Shown piece after piece: positions 1 through 13,149 of a stretch of 64,000 bases of DNA. The notes beneath the pieces are model-generated. The model did no database searches. It saw only the letters and a list, made by a program, of their open reading frames with translations, and was not told the origin of the DNA. The stretch spans positions 14,198,001-14,262,000 of the forward strand of contig CM022670.1 in assembly GCA_012295275.1 (NCBI GenBank), written 5' to 3'. The translations under genes were made by a program, and so were the position numbers. The stretch's first letter is position 1; each line of letters starts with the position of its first letter. The stretch is from Chrysomallon squamiferum (Eukaryota; Animalia; Mollusca).

Positions 1-256
1 TTTGTAAATTATTGTTTTCTTATTAATTCTTTAACACACAAAATGTTATTGCAGGTTTATTTTGTTTTGATTAAAAATGGGAAAAAATTCAGGTTTATTA
101 TTCTTAAATCTAACTATTGTTCAGGCATTCTGAGAGTTTATACAATCAATTAACAATTACAAAAATTGGAACTGTATTTGATTAGCTTTTTGCTAATGAT
201 CTGCTGTTTCACTTAGTACATGTGAAATATTAAAATCAAGTACTTTTTGTTTACAG

Positions 257-381
257 GTTGCTCTGTAATTGGTGGTTCCATCAACCAAAATGGAGTTCTG
301 TTGATAAAAGCTACACATGTAGGATCAGACACCACTCTGTCACAGATTGTCAAACTGGTTGAAGAGGCTCAAACTTCAAAG
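257..381 (+). CDS. ATP7: ATP7 exon (A-domain end): (G)[41 protein letters not shown]
   Basis: ttacag acceptor, AAG|GTAAAC donor, conserved [15 protein letters not shown]. Confidence 0.96.
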
Positions 382-2460
382 GTAAACTATTTCTATTGCT
401 TCTTTTAATGACTACTGATGTCAGCTAAATTCCTGCTGATTTTCTTTTCAGTGTTTTGTTTAGTATTATTTACTTCTTTTTTAATGATACAGCTACATTC
501 TAAACATCAGTGCGATCTCTCTCTTTCTGATCTGATTAAATGTACATATGAATAAATGTCTGTTAAGAAAAGATTAATTGTAATTTCATAACTTCAACTA
601 TATAATGTAATACGGTTTTAGCTTTTAAAAAAGTTTTGCAGATAAGTAATGGGTTTACTATGATTTTAAAAAACAAAAACAAAATATAAAAGATTTGATG
701 GTATTTATGGTTTTTCAGTAACATGTTATTTCTATAATAGAAATCTCATACCACTGAAGTAGTTTCTGAAGAGTTCATATAATATTTTTTGTATTGAGCT
801 CAAAAAAGTTTTACTGTCAATGTTAAAAGATTGTTGTGTTTTGTAAACTACTAATAAGTGAGTTTCTTTTATTTTGACTATTTTGTTTACTTCATAATCA
901 GTACAGTATTGTTGATAAAAACTGTTTCAAGTAATTATAACATTTATTTATTTATTTCTACAGGCACCAATCCAGGAACTGGCAGACAAGATTGCTGGTT
1001 TCTTTGTTCCTATTGTGTGCACGCTGTCTTTGCTTACACTGACAGTGTGGATTGTTATTGGCTTCATTGACATTACACTAATTGTTCCAGAGTTCAAGGT
1101 GGGTGCATATTATTATTCTGCAGATACTGTTTTGATTATTACAAGAAAGTTCAATGCATCAAACAGAATAAAGCACAATTAAATAGCTGAACTTTTATTA
1201 AAACATATTTATCTTTTTCTGCACATGACAAATGTGTACATACATTTGTTTATTTACTGAAATGTTACAATAAACTGCATTTATTCTGAACTTGTGTGTG
1301 TATGAAGGACTGATAAAAAATGTCCTATTGTGATGTTGATGTACTTTGATAAATGAAGAAAGAAAATAAAGTTAAACAGAATAGATAATTAGTGAAAATG
1401 CTAGTATTTGTCTGTTGCATATAAACTAATATATACAAACATTAGTTGAACATATTTTGATGCAGATGTATGAATGTTGGTAATTACTGTTGTAGTTAAT
1501 GTTAATTATTTTATTTTGTATATAAAATACTTAGTGAGTTTATATAATTTTGCAGGAAGGGGGTTCAATTCAGAAGACAGAGGCAGTTTTTCAGAAAGCA
1601 TTTCAGTACGCCATTACTGTTCTCAGTATAGCCTGTCCATGTGCACTTGGCTTGGCAACACCTACTGCAGTGATGGTAGGCACAGGAGTTGGAGCCATCA
1701 ACGGCATACTCATCAAAGGAGGAGAACCTCTGGAAATGACTCACCAGGCATGTTTTATAAGATGTTTTGTTTATAAAAATTGCTTTCTTGACTCATATTC
1801 ATTTACATAGAGCTATATTATTTGGTAGATTCCTTCTTACTATATGCATATTAATGTTCTCTTTCAATTAAAATAGAAAAGTATAATAAATTAAATATAA
1901 GTGCAGATATTGCATTTCATAATTTCTGGCACACTGTTTCATTTGAAAAAGTGTTAGAATGAAGTATATTTAAAACTGATTTGATTTATTTTTTGTTTAG
2001 ATTAAATGTGTAGTGTTTGACAAGACAGGAACAGTGACTCACGGCATTCCACGAGTGTCTCGTGTTACCATGTTTGTTGAAGAAAAAATCTGCTCATTCC
2101 TCACACTTCTGGCCATTGCTGGTACAGCTGAAGCCAGCAGTGAACATCCCATAGCCTCTGCCATTGTCAAGTATGCAAAACAGGTATTGTAAAAGATATT
2201 TAATTTTATTAAATTCATTTTATTGTTATTGTTTATGATAATTATTAATCATAAGAAATATAATCTCTGTTGTCTTCATATTGACGAAATGAAGTCTCAA
2301 TCTGACAAAAGTAATGATGATATGAATGATTCAGTTATAGGTGGCTGGTTAGCAATAAGGACAGTTGGAAACATCAATAATAAAAACAATTCTTCATTTC
2401 TTGAAAATTCCTAATCACATATAAACTTAGCAGTAAAAAGGATAGTAATAAATAGTACCA

Positions 2461-2521
<61 letters not shown>

Positions 2522-5500
2522 CTTGGAAAGTTGATAGACAGTAATATTTAAATTTTTATTTGAAAAAAATCAATTTCTTGTTAATTAATTTCAAATTTAA
2601 ATGACACATGCATAACAGTATTTTTTTAATTATAAAACTTCAGACTCTAAAGAGAGAGAATTTAGGAAAAGTAAACAACTTCACTGCTGTACCTGGATGT
2701 GGTCTGAAATGTGAAGTGTCTCAAGTTGAGCCTCTGTTGGCAGAGCTAGATCTTGAAGGTGTCAACAACCGTAAAAATCAAATGGGCAGCACTCGCATCA
2801 AAACTGATCACTCAGTCTTTGGGGATATTGAGCTTGCTACTTTACAGATTGAAGGTAAGTGGAAATAGTTTGTTTATTGCTGATTTGTTGCAAAATAAAT
2901 ATTAACTATATTTAGATAAATTGTCATAATGAAAATTCTTTTTGAAACAAATAACATACTAAATCTTAAGATATAATGTTGGATTTCAGGATATTAGAAA
3001 ATCTTTGATTAATTTAAAAAAAACTGTTATTTTAGGAGAAGTTTATCTTTACACCAGAAACACTTCACAGTTTTTAGGGGAGCTAAAACGTTTTAAAATA
3101 ATTATTTTAAATTTTCTGTCTACATATTTTATTACACATCCATAATTCTGAATAAAGTAGTAATTAAGTTATAAACTGAAACAGTATTTTAATAAGCGCT
3201 ATGGAAATCATTTCACTAATTAAATATGTTAATGATGTTGCAACAAGGTATTATTATTATCATTAATTTTACTTTCGCATGTTTTTAGATTCTGCAATGC
3301 AGGCCTCAGCATCTGTGCCATATGAAGTTCTGATAGGAAACAGAGAGTGGATGCATCGTAATGGTTTAACTGTCACTGAAGAAATGGATAAAGTGATGAC
3401 AGAACACGAAGAACTTGGTCAAACTGCGGTCCTCTGTGTAGTGGATGGTAAATTAATGTCCATTAAAAGAGTCTGAAATAAGTCCGTGGGAAATTAAAAA
3501 AAAAAAAAAATAGAAAACGAAAATGAAATAAAGCATACAAGGGTTAAAGATTACTAATAAATTATAACATAAAATGTCACTGTTCCTAAAACAAAAATAA
3601 ATATTAAAAGAATACAAAAAATTAAGAAATCAGTGAAAGCATCCATATATCTGAGTAGCTGCAGTGGTTAAATTGATAAAACATTTTGTTGCTTACAGGA
3701 GTGATTGTTGCAATGCTGGCTGTGGCTGACATGGTGAAGTCTGAGGCTCATTTGGCCATTCACTGTCTGAAACGTATGGGTCTGCAAGTGATTTTGTTGA
3801 CCGGAGACAACAACAAAACTGCCAAAGCCATTGCAAAGCAGGTTGGTTGTCAGTGTTTGTTAAACAGTTTAATGTTTCATTACATTTATTCTCTTTTTCT
3901 GTTTGTTTGTTGATTATATAACTCATAAATCTCAGTTCCCATTGTTGATTCATTGATTAGCTGATTCATGGTTTCATTCGTCCTTCTGCACAATCTGTGC
4001 ATTCGTCTCTGTCCAAAAAAAAAAATAAGAATCAGTTTGTAAAATGTTTTTACTCATTGTTTACAGGTTGGAATTAAAAAAGTGTTTTCTGAAGTTCTGC
4101 CGTCCCACAAAGTGAAGAAAATCAAACAGCTACAGAAACAAGGCTTGAAGGTTGCAATGGTTGGAGATGGGGTCAATGATTCACCTGCACTGGCTCAGGC
4201 TGATGTGGGTATTGCCATTGGCACAGGAACTGACATAGCAGTAGAAGCTGCAGATATTGTTCTTATCAAGGTAAGTAAAAATGTATTTTTAATTAAAACT
4301 AATTTACTAACTAATATAGCTCTTCACTTATTTTCCAGTGTGAAATTTCATAAATTTATACCTCTCAATCATAAATTTTTTTTTTTTTTATACCAAAGAT
4401 TTTTTCTTCCTATGTATTCAATTTGTAACTATTGATTTCATCTTGAATCTTCTTCAAATTGTATCTTCAGAACCAAAGATTTTGTTTAAGGATACTGTCT
4501 TTAAAAATAATCAATGATTAATGCAGGATATGCATTTTGTTTGCTTATTGCAAAACATGGGTGATTTGTCTGAAACAAAACATTATAAATATTGAATATT
4601 TATTTTATTATTTGCTATAGTTACCAGTTATTTAAAAATTTAATGCCTTTATTCTGTTATATTGTACTCAAAACCAGAATAAAATACTTAATAAATAAGT
4701 GTAACATGTCTCTTACACACAAATGCTGGGTAACATATATAATATGTGATTGCTGCATCAAATCTTTGGGTGCTTTGAATTATATTTACTGTTGATATTT
4801 GCAGAGTGATTTGTTGGATGTGTACTGTGCTATCAAACTCTCCAAGATGACTGTTTCTAGGATTCGAATGAACTTTGTTGCTGCTTGCATTTATAACATG
4901 GTTGGAATTCCTGTTGCTGCAGGTTAGTGTAGGAATTTAAGATATTTGAGTTTGAACTTGAATTTTTTAGTTAAAATAGTAAATAGCAGTTATCTACAGA
5001 GAATGAGCAGAAAAAATAAATAAAAGAAAAATAAAAGAAATTAAAAAAAAATAATAAGAAAAATAAAGAAAAAAGACAAAATAAAGACAAAATAAATTTA
5101 AATAAAATAAAAAATAATGTAAATTTCAAACTTTTGCTATTAAGCGACAATATTCAGATATTTGATATGTTGTATGTAATATTATTCAGTTGATTTCAAG
5201 AGAAATTTATTACTTTTTAAAGATCTTTCTTTCTTGTGAAGTTTTATTTCAAGCATTTTAAAACCTTACTGCAATAAAGAAATACACATGTATGTACAAG
5301 AACTCCTGTTAAAATAGATATCTGATGGTAGAATTCAATAACTTAAATACCTTTTTTTACACATCTAGTGATTATAAGTTGTGATTAAAGTAAGACAATA
5401 ATAATTTTAATGTGAATAATAAAAAAAAAGCTAGATCAAAATCTAGCATTATGGTTTTCTTTCATTGTATGATTGTTTTTGTTTTTTTTATGTATAAAAT

Positions 5501-6620
5501 TAATTCTGAAAAATGGAGTCGAGTTTTGCAAAATTGTCCTATTCTTGTTTTTGTATTTTTTGTTTACTCTTTTAAAGAAATGATAATAAATTAAACATCA
5601 TCATCAAAATGTCTGCATCTTTTTTCAACCTCTAGTTTGATATATTATTCTTACACTTTATTATTATTATCAATGGTTGATCTCCTACAGCGAATAAAAT
5701 GATGACTTGAAAATATGTGTTATTTTCTTTCATACCCCATCAGAAACATACCTTAAAGTTTTATGAGATTAACAGAGAAGTATTCAGTTCTTTGAATAAA
5801 GACCAGAGAAACAAGTCTATGTATCTGGGTTTCTTTTTCAGGAGTGTTTGTACCCTTTGGATTGTCTCTGCGACCCTGGATGGCCTCAGCTGCCATGGCG
5901 ATGTCATCAGTGTCTGTTGTTTTGTCATCACTCCTTCTCAAACTGTAAGTGCTTTAATTCCACCTTGTTAAATTCTAATCATTTTTTGATCGTAAGACTA
6001 GATAAAAAGATAAAATTTCTGCATGATTTTTTAATTAATTTTTTTTTTTTTTTATCTTGTGTACATTTTGGAGTGAGTGACGTTTGCTAATGCATTTTCC
6101 TGATTCTGTTGTGGTTTATTGTGTGGTTTTCATGTTTATACAGCAGTGATTATATATAAAAAAAATGATCCATTTTGTTTGTCAAATAATTTACATTAGA
6201 ATTCAATTTGAATTTTTTTTTTTTACCAAAATTAAAATTCTTAAATAACTTTTTGAAAGTATTAATGATATAGTAATTATTATTATTATTATTATTATTA
6301 GTAGTAGTAGTAGTAATAGTAGTAGTAATAGTAGTAGTAGTAGTAGTAGTAGTAGTAGCAGTAGTAGCAGTACTAATAGTGCCATGGTAGTAGCAGTAGT
6401 AATAGTGTAGTAGTAGTAGTAGTGGATGTATTGGTGGGAGTAGTACTAGTAGCCATTTGTTGTTGTTGGTGTGTCAGTAGTTACTGTAAGGATATTAGGT
6501 GTTACTGTTTATTTAGAAATAGAAATGATAGTATCAGTAGTAATGGTTCCATTATTATTATTATTATTGTTATTGTTATTGTTATTGTTATTGTTATTGT
6601 TATTGTTATTGTTATTGTTA

Positions 6621-6672
<52 letters not shown>

Positions 6673-6957
6673 CATCATTATTATTATTGTTATTATAAAT
6701 GTTTGTTTATTAGATTCAAAAAGCCGCAGAAAGAGAAGATGATCACCGCTGATTACTTGAAGAAGGTCGAGGAAGATCAGGCCAGTGATGACATCTCGAT
6801 CCACCGTGGAATGGATGAGGATCCACCAAGCACGAAGGGCAGCAAACAGGGGAGCATACTCTCACGACTTAGCAACAAGCTGAAGCCACCCAGCTCAGAT
6901 CACAATTCTTTAACTCAGGAAGTTCTGAACGATAACGACTACGTCACTCAGCTGTAA
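257..6957 (+). CDS. ATP7: Copper-transporting P1B-type ATPase (ATP7A/ATP7B orthologue), 3' part; join(257..381,964..1098,1556..1747,2001..2183,2644..2854,3289..3447,3699..3841,4067..4270,4805..4922,5842..5944,6714..6957); 5' exons lie upstream of the window
   Basis: Eleven exons splice in frame with AG acceptors and GT donors (one GC) into a continuous ORF ending TAA at 6955-6957. It carries [38 protein letters not shown] and MAMSS motifs diagnostic of Cu(I)-ATPases. Confidence 0.98.
964..1098 (+). CDS. ATP7: ATP7 exon (TM helix): [45 protein letters not shown]
   Basis: ctacag acceptor, AAG|GTGGGT donor, 135 nt in frame, APIQxLADK motif. Confidence 0.96.
1556..1747 (+). CDS. ATP7: ATP7 exon with CPC metal-binding helix: EGGSIQKTE...[40 protein letters not shown]
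   Basis: ttgcag acceptor; ends at non-canonical CAG|GCATGT donor, the only site keeping frame with the next exon. Confidence 0.94.
2001..2183 (+). CDS. ATP7: ATP7 exon with phosphorylation site DKTGT and SEHP motif
   Basis: [15 protein letters not shown]...[19 protein letters not shown]; tttag acceptor, CAG|GTATTG donor. Confidence 0.97.
2462..2520. repeat. (AAT)n microsatellite in ATP7 intron
   Basis: Direct reading. Confidence 0.95.
2644..2854 (+). CDS. ATP7: ATP7 exon, N-domain ([11 protein letters not shown]) plus variable loop
   Basis: cttcag acceptor, AAG|GTAAGT donor, PGCG ATP-binding motif. Confidence 0.94.
3289..3447 (+). CDS. ATP7: ATP7 exon, N-domain: (D)[25 protein letters not shown]...[10 protein letters not shown](G)
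   Basis: ttttag acceptor, ATG|GTAAAT donor, IGNREWM motif. Confidence 0.95.
3699..3841 (+). CDS. ATP7: ATP7 exon with TGDN motif
   Basis: (G)[16 protein letters not shown]...[16 protein letters not shown]; ttacag acceptor, CAG|GTTGGT donor. Confidence 0.96.
4067..4270 (+). CDS. ATP7: ATP7 exon with hinge motif [14 protein letters not shown]
   Basis: ttacag acceptor, AAG|GTAAGT donor, 204 nt in frame. Confidence 0.97.
4805..4922 (+). CDS. ATP7: ATP7 exon, TM helix with YN copper ligands: [39 protein letters not shown](G)
   Basis: ttgcag acceptor, CAG|GTTAGT donor; not in ORF track but in frame. Confidence 0.96.
5842..5944 (+). CDS. ATP7: ATP7 exon, last TM helix: (G)[33 protein letters not shown](L)
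   Basis: tttcag acceptor, CT|GTAAGT donor, MxxSS motif. Confidence 0.96.
6275..6696. repeat. Compound (ATT)n/(AGT)n and (TTGTTA)n/(TTA)n microsatellites in last ATP7 intron
   Basis: Direct reading. Confidence 0.93.
6714..6957 (+). CDS. ATP7: ATP7 terminal coding exon, cytosolic tail ending ...NDNDYVTQL*
   Basis: tattag acceptor in correct phase; ISIHRGMDE resembles the ISVHVGIDD tail motif of vertebrate ATP7A; TAA stop. Confidence 0.9.
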
Positions 6958-8365
6958 TTTTGTTTAGTCAAGATTAACGTGATGCTACATGTGTTGTTAA
7001 AAAGAAATATGTTACTATCAGAATGAAGTCCCATTTTCATAAAATCCAAGATTCAAACAAAGGGTATTGGGTCAAAGGGGTTACAAGTTCTCAGTGGAAG
7101 AGTTTGATTTTCAGTGTTCTCACATGTGGCTTCAGAACAGTAAAATTATATTGAAATAACATTGTGTATAACAGTATTATGTATTTAACATTAGCAACAT
7201 TAAAATGATGTATCTGACACTTTCTTGTAGTTCCCTATGTATATTATGTAAGATATAAGAATTATTTTTCTTTATTTTAGAAAGTATAATTAATTATCCT
7301 AATCATTGTTAAGCTGTTACTGTTGTTTATACTCTGTTCTCAAGATAAAGTGAGAAACAATCTTCAGATCATGTAGAAAATATTTCTTTTTTGATTGTAA
7401 TATAATATATGATTTTTTTTTTTTTTTGAGTGTTAATTAGAGTCATATTATTTTTATAAATTATTATTATTATTATTTTTATTATTTTTAAAAGATTAAT
7501 TATGTACATCAAATGAAAAGGAGTCATTTATTTGTATAATCATTACATCATGCATAATAATACCAAATAAATGTTGAATAATTAGTAACATACAGAGTAT
7601 AAACGTAAAATGTCTCATTGTACCATTACTCGGGTTAATTTTGTGTTTGACTTCATGAAACTGAGCATTTTAACTTTGTCAAATCATGCATTTAGCATTT
7701 AAGAAACTGATATAAACATTACAGTTAAAACTGAAAATAGATTTTAAAAAAATGCAAAATATTCAGCTTTTATAGGTAATGTCTTTGTAGACATTGGTCT
7801 GATCTACAGTAATGTTTAATAACAAAATGTTAATTTGTGTTTTAACTTGAAAAATTAATTAAAAAAGAAAGAATGGAAAAGAAAACACAAATATATCAGC
7901 TGCTTAGATAACTACTTTTATATGTGTAAATATATACCTCATTTTTATACCATCTTAAATTATTTTACATAATTTGTACTTTTTATATAGATATATACAA
8001 AATGATCTTTTTTTTTTTTCTTTCAAATCTGTAAGTGTTTGGATCATCTCTGTATATATATATATTTTTTTTTTTAACATTGTGAATTTGTTTTAAAGGC
8101 TGTGATCTTTAAAATTAATATTATTGTTATTTTTAAAAATTTAAATATGAAGTCCAGTATATTTATTAATTGAAGCTTAGGGATCATTAATTTATATTCA
8201 TATTTGGTATTAAAATATATTAATGTGATCGCATAGACAGTTCGCTCTTACAAATACAAGTCTAGTACAAATTTTAATTTTCAAAATGAAATCTATCCAT
8301 AAATATTTGGAACACTTTTTAAAATGAAACTGCATTCATTTGGATTTTTGTTGCCAAATAAAAAG

Positions 8366-8401
<36 letters not shown>

Positions 8402-8540
8402 GGAAAAAGAAATGGTGGAAAATAAATAAATCCTAATTGTAGTTTTATATTTATATATTAATAATAGAATTAATGAACAAATGATAATTTAAAGTAATTA
8501 TATATATATATATATGTATGTGTGTGAGTGTTAGTGTGTG

Positions 8541-8586
<46 letters not shown>

Positions 8587-8901
8587 GTTGATTCTCAAAT
8601 GAAATAAATATTGAAAGGCATTCATAAATGAATAGAACAACTGTAACCAAATGAAAAGGAATTATTTGTATTCAGATTATTAAATGATAAATGTATTTTA
8701 CACGGAACTCATTAACACCATGGTCTTTAGACCACCAGTTTACTCTAGATTAACACCTCTGTGTTATTTTTTAATTTCTGCCAACTCATTAACGTAACAA
8801 GTATTAAGCAATTGCCGAGAAGAACAAAATTTCTTTCTGCAGTTATATTTTGTTACACTTAATACTTAAGTCGTTACAAATGGCCTTAATGATTAAATTG
8901 A

Positions 8902-8932
<31 letters not shown>

Positions 8933-8990
8933 TTTTGATATAGAACATTAATAAACATGTATATTTCTGAATTAAGTATTAAATTGTCAT
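6958..8990 (+). other. Probable long AU-rich 3' UTR of ATP7; end not determinable
   Basis: Follows the stop codon and stays CpG-poor like the gene body. AATAAA at 7566, 8357, 8421, 8603 and 8950; genomic A-run at 8361-8400. Confidence 0.5.
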
Positions 8991-9015
8991 AAAAAGAAAT
9001 GTTATTATTACTGTT

Positions 9016-9019
<4 letters not shown>

Positions 9020-9110
<91 letters not shown>

Positions 9111-9125
9111 TACACATACACACAC
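9020..9125. repeat. (CT)n followed by (CA)n microsatellite
   Basis: Direct reading. Confidence 0.95.
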
Positions 9126-9891
9126 CATACTCACCACATATTCTCTGTCTCTGTCACAAACACAGCACATACTGCATATACACTCACATCATATACACAC
9201 TCTCTGTCTGTCTGTAAAATGACTGGTGAAATTTAGTTCAGGTTCGTGCATTTGGTTTGTCTCTTTTAATTCTTTTTATCAGCAGTTTTTATTTTTTTTA
9301 TTTTTTTTAAAACCTTTGATAGATGGAATAAGAAAACATTTAGAATAAATAATTATATGATAATAAAACAAATAGAAAAAAACAAAACCAAAAATAATCC
9401 TGGCATGGAATTAGCAGAGTTATTGTACAGAAATCAGAAATTGCTCTTCAAATTTATCGCACCTAAACTGGCTTAACAGAAGAAGAAAAAATAAAATTTT
9501 GTCTACAGTAATAATAAAATTTATACTAAGGAAAAACAACAACAACAACAATAATAATCAATCAATCAATAAATAAATAATGATAATATCATCATCATCA
9601 TCGTCGTCACCATCGGGATATTTTTATATTAAAACAGATTTGTTTGCTATTGATGAATCGATCGTGTGAATTGAATCATTTTCTGATATTTGGTTTTTCG
9701 CTTCAGTCACACTGTGAATGTTGTTTTTGTTAGACACGGTTACGGCAATTCCCGCAGTTTAAAAACGAAACGTTTGTATCAAAACATCCGTAATTTGTCA
9801 CTACATATTAAATCGTTATTTGCTGTATTAGCATATCGATTGCGAAAAAAAAGAGAGAAAAAAAAAAAAGGAAAAAAAAAAAAGAAAAGAA

Positions 9892-9937
<46 letters not shown>

Positions 9938-10409
9938 TAAATAAAATAATAAATAAATAAATGAACAAACAGATTGATAAATATATATATATATATATAA
10001 AAAATGAAAACAAAATCAGATAGCAGATATGTAGACGGACAGATAGATAGACAAGTAAATATTCCACATTTTGGTTGGTGTCCAGTAACTAGGTGAAATC
10101 CACTTTCTTAAATAACACATGCAGATTCTTATTTCCTTTTTTAGCGTTCGTGGATTTCCGACGCATTATTTTGGTAGTCAGATATAAATGATGATAATAA
10201 ATGATTTAATAACGATTAGTTTAACACACGCAATACAATACAAGAGACAGAACTGGTCTGTTTTTGTTCATTAGACCCATTCACAGTTATTTATTTACGT
10301 GCTATTTAATTTATTTATATTTTAGAATGATAATAATTTCCTCATCTTGTTGCTATTTTTTAGATGGTTCGGCCATGGCAGGGTAATTTTATTTTATTTA
10401 TTTCTCTCG

Positions 10410-10487
<78 letters not shown>

Positions 10488-12582
10488 CATTTCCATATAG
10501 TAATATAAACTTTATTATTCATTAATAATTTATGATAAAAAAAATAAAAAAATTTGAGTCTTAAAAGCAGCAGATATATACGTGTAATATCACTATTTTA
10601 GTCAAATTCAAAACCAATAGCCAAAACACGCAATCAAACAGAAATATTTTGAAAAAACCTAAAAAAAACCTCCTGATAAACGCACGTAACAAATATAATA
10701 AAATTAAACTGAACTGAAATAAACTAAATTTGGCTAAAATTAAATTAAATAAAATAAAATAAAAAATAAATTAATAAAATAAAATAAAACAAAACAAAAT
10801 AAAGTAAAATAAAATAAAATAAAACAAACTAAACTAAACTAAACTGAACGAAACTAAACTAAACTAAACTAAAATAATTTTTTTTTATATATATAACGTG
10901 CCCAATACAAAATAAAAATAAATAAATAAATAAATAAAAAATTATAATCGGCCGTAATAATAATTGGCTTTGCCGTTAACTTATAAATCAGGAAAAATTG
11001 AAAACAAAATTTCGAACAGTGCAGAAGGCAGCAGATAGTTCCACGTGACTGACTATTTTGATACGCACGGACTGCATCATTGCACATTGCAAGCAATTTT
11101 ACTCATCTGAGATATGCGCAAACTTTGAAACAATGACAAATCTATAACGAGAAAGAATAGAAAAACAACCTTGTCGTTATTTAATGGCTTTGGTAACATA
11201 AATGCCATGATTTATTTAATCTGTTTAGAAAACATTTTGTGTTTGATAAAGAAAGATGATAAAAGCCGTTTTCAGTTTTAGTTTCGATTGTTGGCTTCCC
11301 TGCAGAGAACCACCCGTGCACCAGTTAATCGATTGCTGCGTAACAAATCAAGTAATTATTGGAAGTAACCGCAAAGATTGTTCCCGTGGTTATCTTCTGT
11401 TTTCATGTATGGTTTAAAGTTCATTTATAGCGTTTTCAGCGTCCATTACATAAAACTCATAGGATGATAAACACAAATTAATAAAAGAAATTCTTCGAAA
11501 ATGATTAAATGTAATACCACTGCAAGCACTGGAAATATAGTTTCTTTTAAACAGTTAAAATTTATCAAGTACGGCACAAACAGCTTATTATAGTTTCGAT
11601 CCGCTTAATTTTAGAATGTCCTATATTTATTGTACTACCGTCTTTTAAAGTCATCTGGCCACATGGATTTAAAGTCAAAATAAATATTATGTGTAATATT
11701 GTCTTATTTATTTTTATAAAAAGAAATTCTATGAAATAAACAAATGAGTCGTCGATGCTAAATAACTTGTAAATCACACGTCTGTACATCGATCCGTTTA
11801 GGAGTTATAAATATAACTGTATTAGTCAAACAATACAACAGTTATAGGAATGTCTCTAATTATCGGAAAAAAAAGAAAAGAATTAATATTCAAAAACTAA
11901 ATTAGAGATTTTTTTCTTTCTTTCCTTTTTTATTTTTTCTTTTTTCTTTCTCAATAATCATGTTTTTATATGACAGTTTGATCATGTGACTATCCAGAAA
12001 GTTAAATGACTATAACCACTGCAGTCATCAACGTGTATTTTATGTTTTGATATGTAAAAGGAAACATCTCAAAATTATGTTATCAATACTTTAAGTGACT
12101 GGTAACTTCAAATTACCTATCGCGGAGAAATCATTACCGTAATTCCTACGTGTAAAAAGAAACGGTTATTACAGACAGAGTCTGAGGCACGGGGTATTTC
12201 ATCGACCTTCAGGGTTTCGCTCATTTGTTAAAACGAGTTTATTGAGCATCAGAACTGAATTACACTGGCCACTGGTTTATGAAAACCACACCACGTCGTA
12301 AACGTTAATGTGCTTAGCCTCTCTTTCCAATATTTGCTGTACAAACGAGGCTCATTTCAAGCTTTGGTAAATTCAAAAGTAATTTATCGATTAGTTGCGC
12401 TTGCTTGTTGTTTAAAAAAAAAAAGAGAAGTCTTTTTTTTTTTTTTTTTTTTTTTTACACGGCAAACATTTTCAGGAGTATTAAAAGCGGAAAGGGATAA
12501 TAGATTCTTTTATTGTCCCAGAACAAAAATAAATTCAGTTATGTTCTGTTAGTGATTGAATACGGTAACAGTTCCAAATACT

Positions 12583-12621
<39 letters not shown>

Positions 12622-13108
12622 GTTGAAATAGGCAGTTTATTATCCTTTCATTTTATTTTATTTCATTCTTTCTTTTATTTCTTCTGTTAGTTCTTTTTTT
12701 TTTCCTTTCAGTTTACATATACCCTCACCCCGTTTATAAATGCTAAATCAATGAGTACTAGTTAGCATATGAAATTTTAATGTTATAGATTTCCGATGAC
12801 AATGGACACTGTTTGCATATCACACTGTGAATCGCTCACTCCTTGCTAACTTCATTAAGCAATATTTTCATTAGTTTTGTTCATGACAGTACGTTATTAA
12901 TGAACAGTTATTGAACGAACATTTATTTAAAGACCTATAAACAACGTTATTAAGGATTACAAATTGTTAAAAACAAAACGTTTTTACTGTCATAATAACT
13001 AAATACAGAACCCGCTGAGAAAGCATCAGGGGCTTTTCTGATCAATCAACAAGCAGCAAATAAAATTTATAATACGCACCTTTCCATAAGGAGAATCATG
13101 TGTATATG

Positions 13109-13149
<41 letters not shown>

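Noticed and set aside
6203-6698. Poly-Leu/Ile ORFs and similar SLSL, RERE, poly-Tyr and poly-Lys ORFs throughout the track
   Set aside because: Stop-free frames of microsatellites and A-runs.
8357-8400. AATAAA plus A-run as a retrocopy poly(A) tail
   Set aside because: ATP7 has introns, no target-site duplication is seen, and long A-runs are common in this window; likely only an internal-priming hazard.
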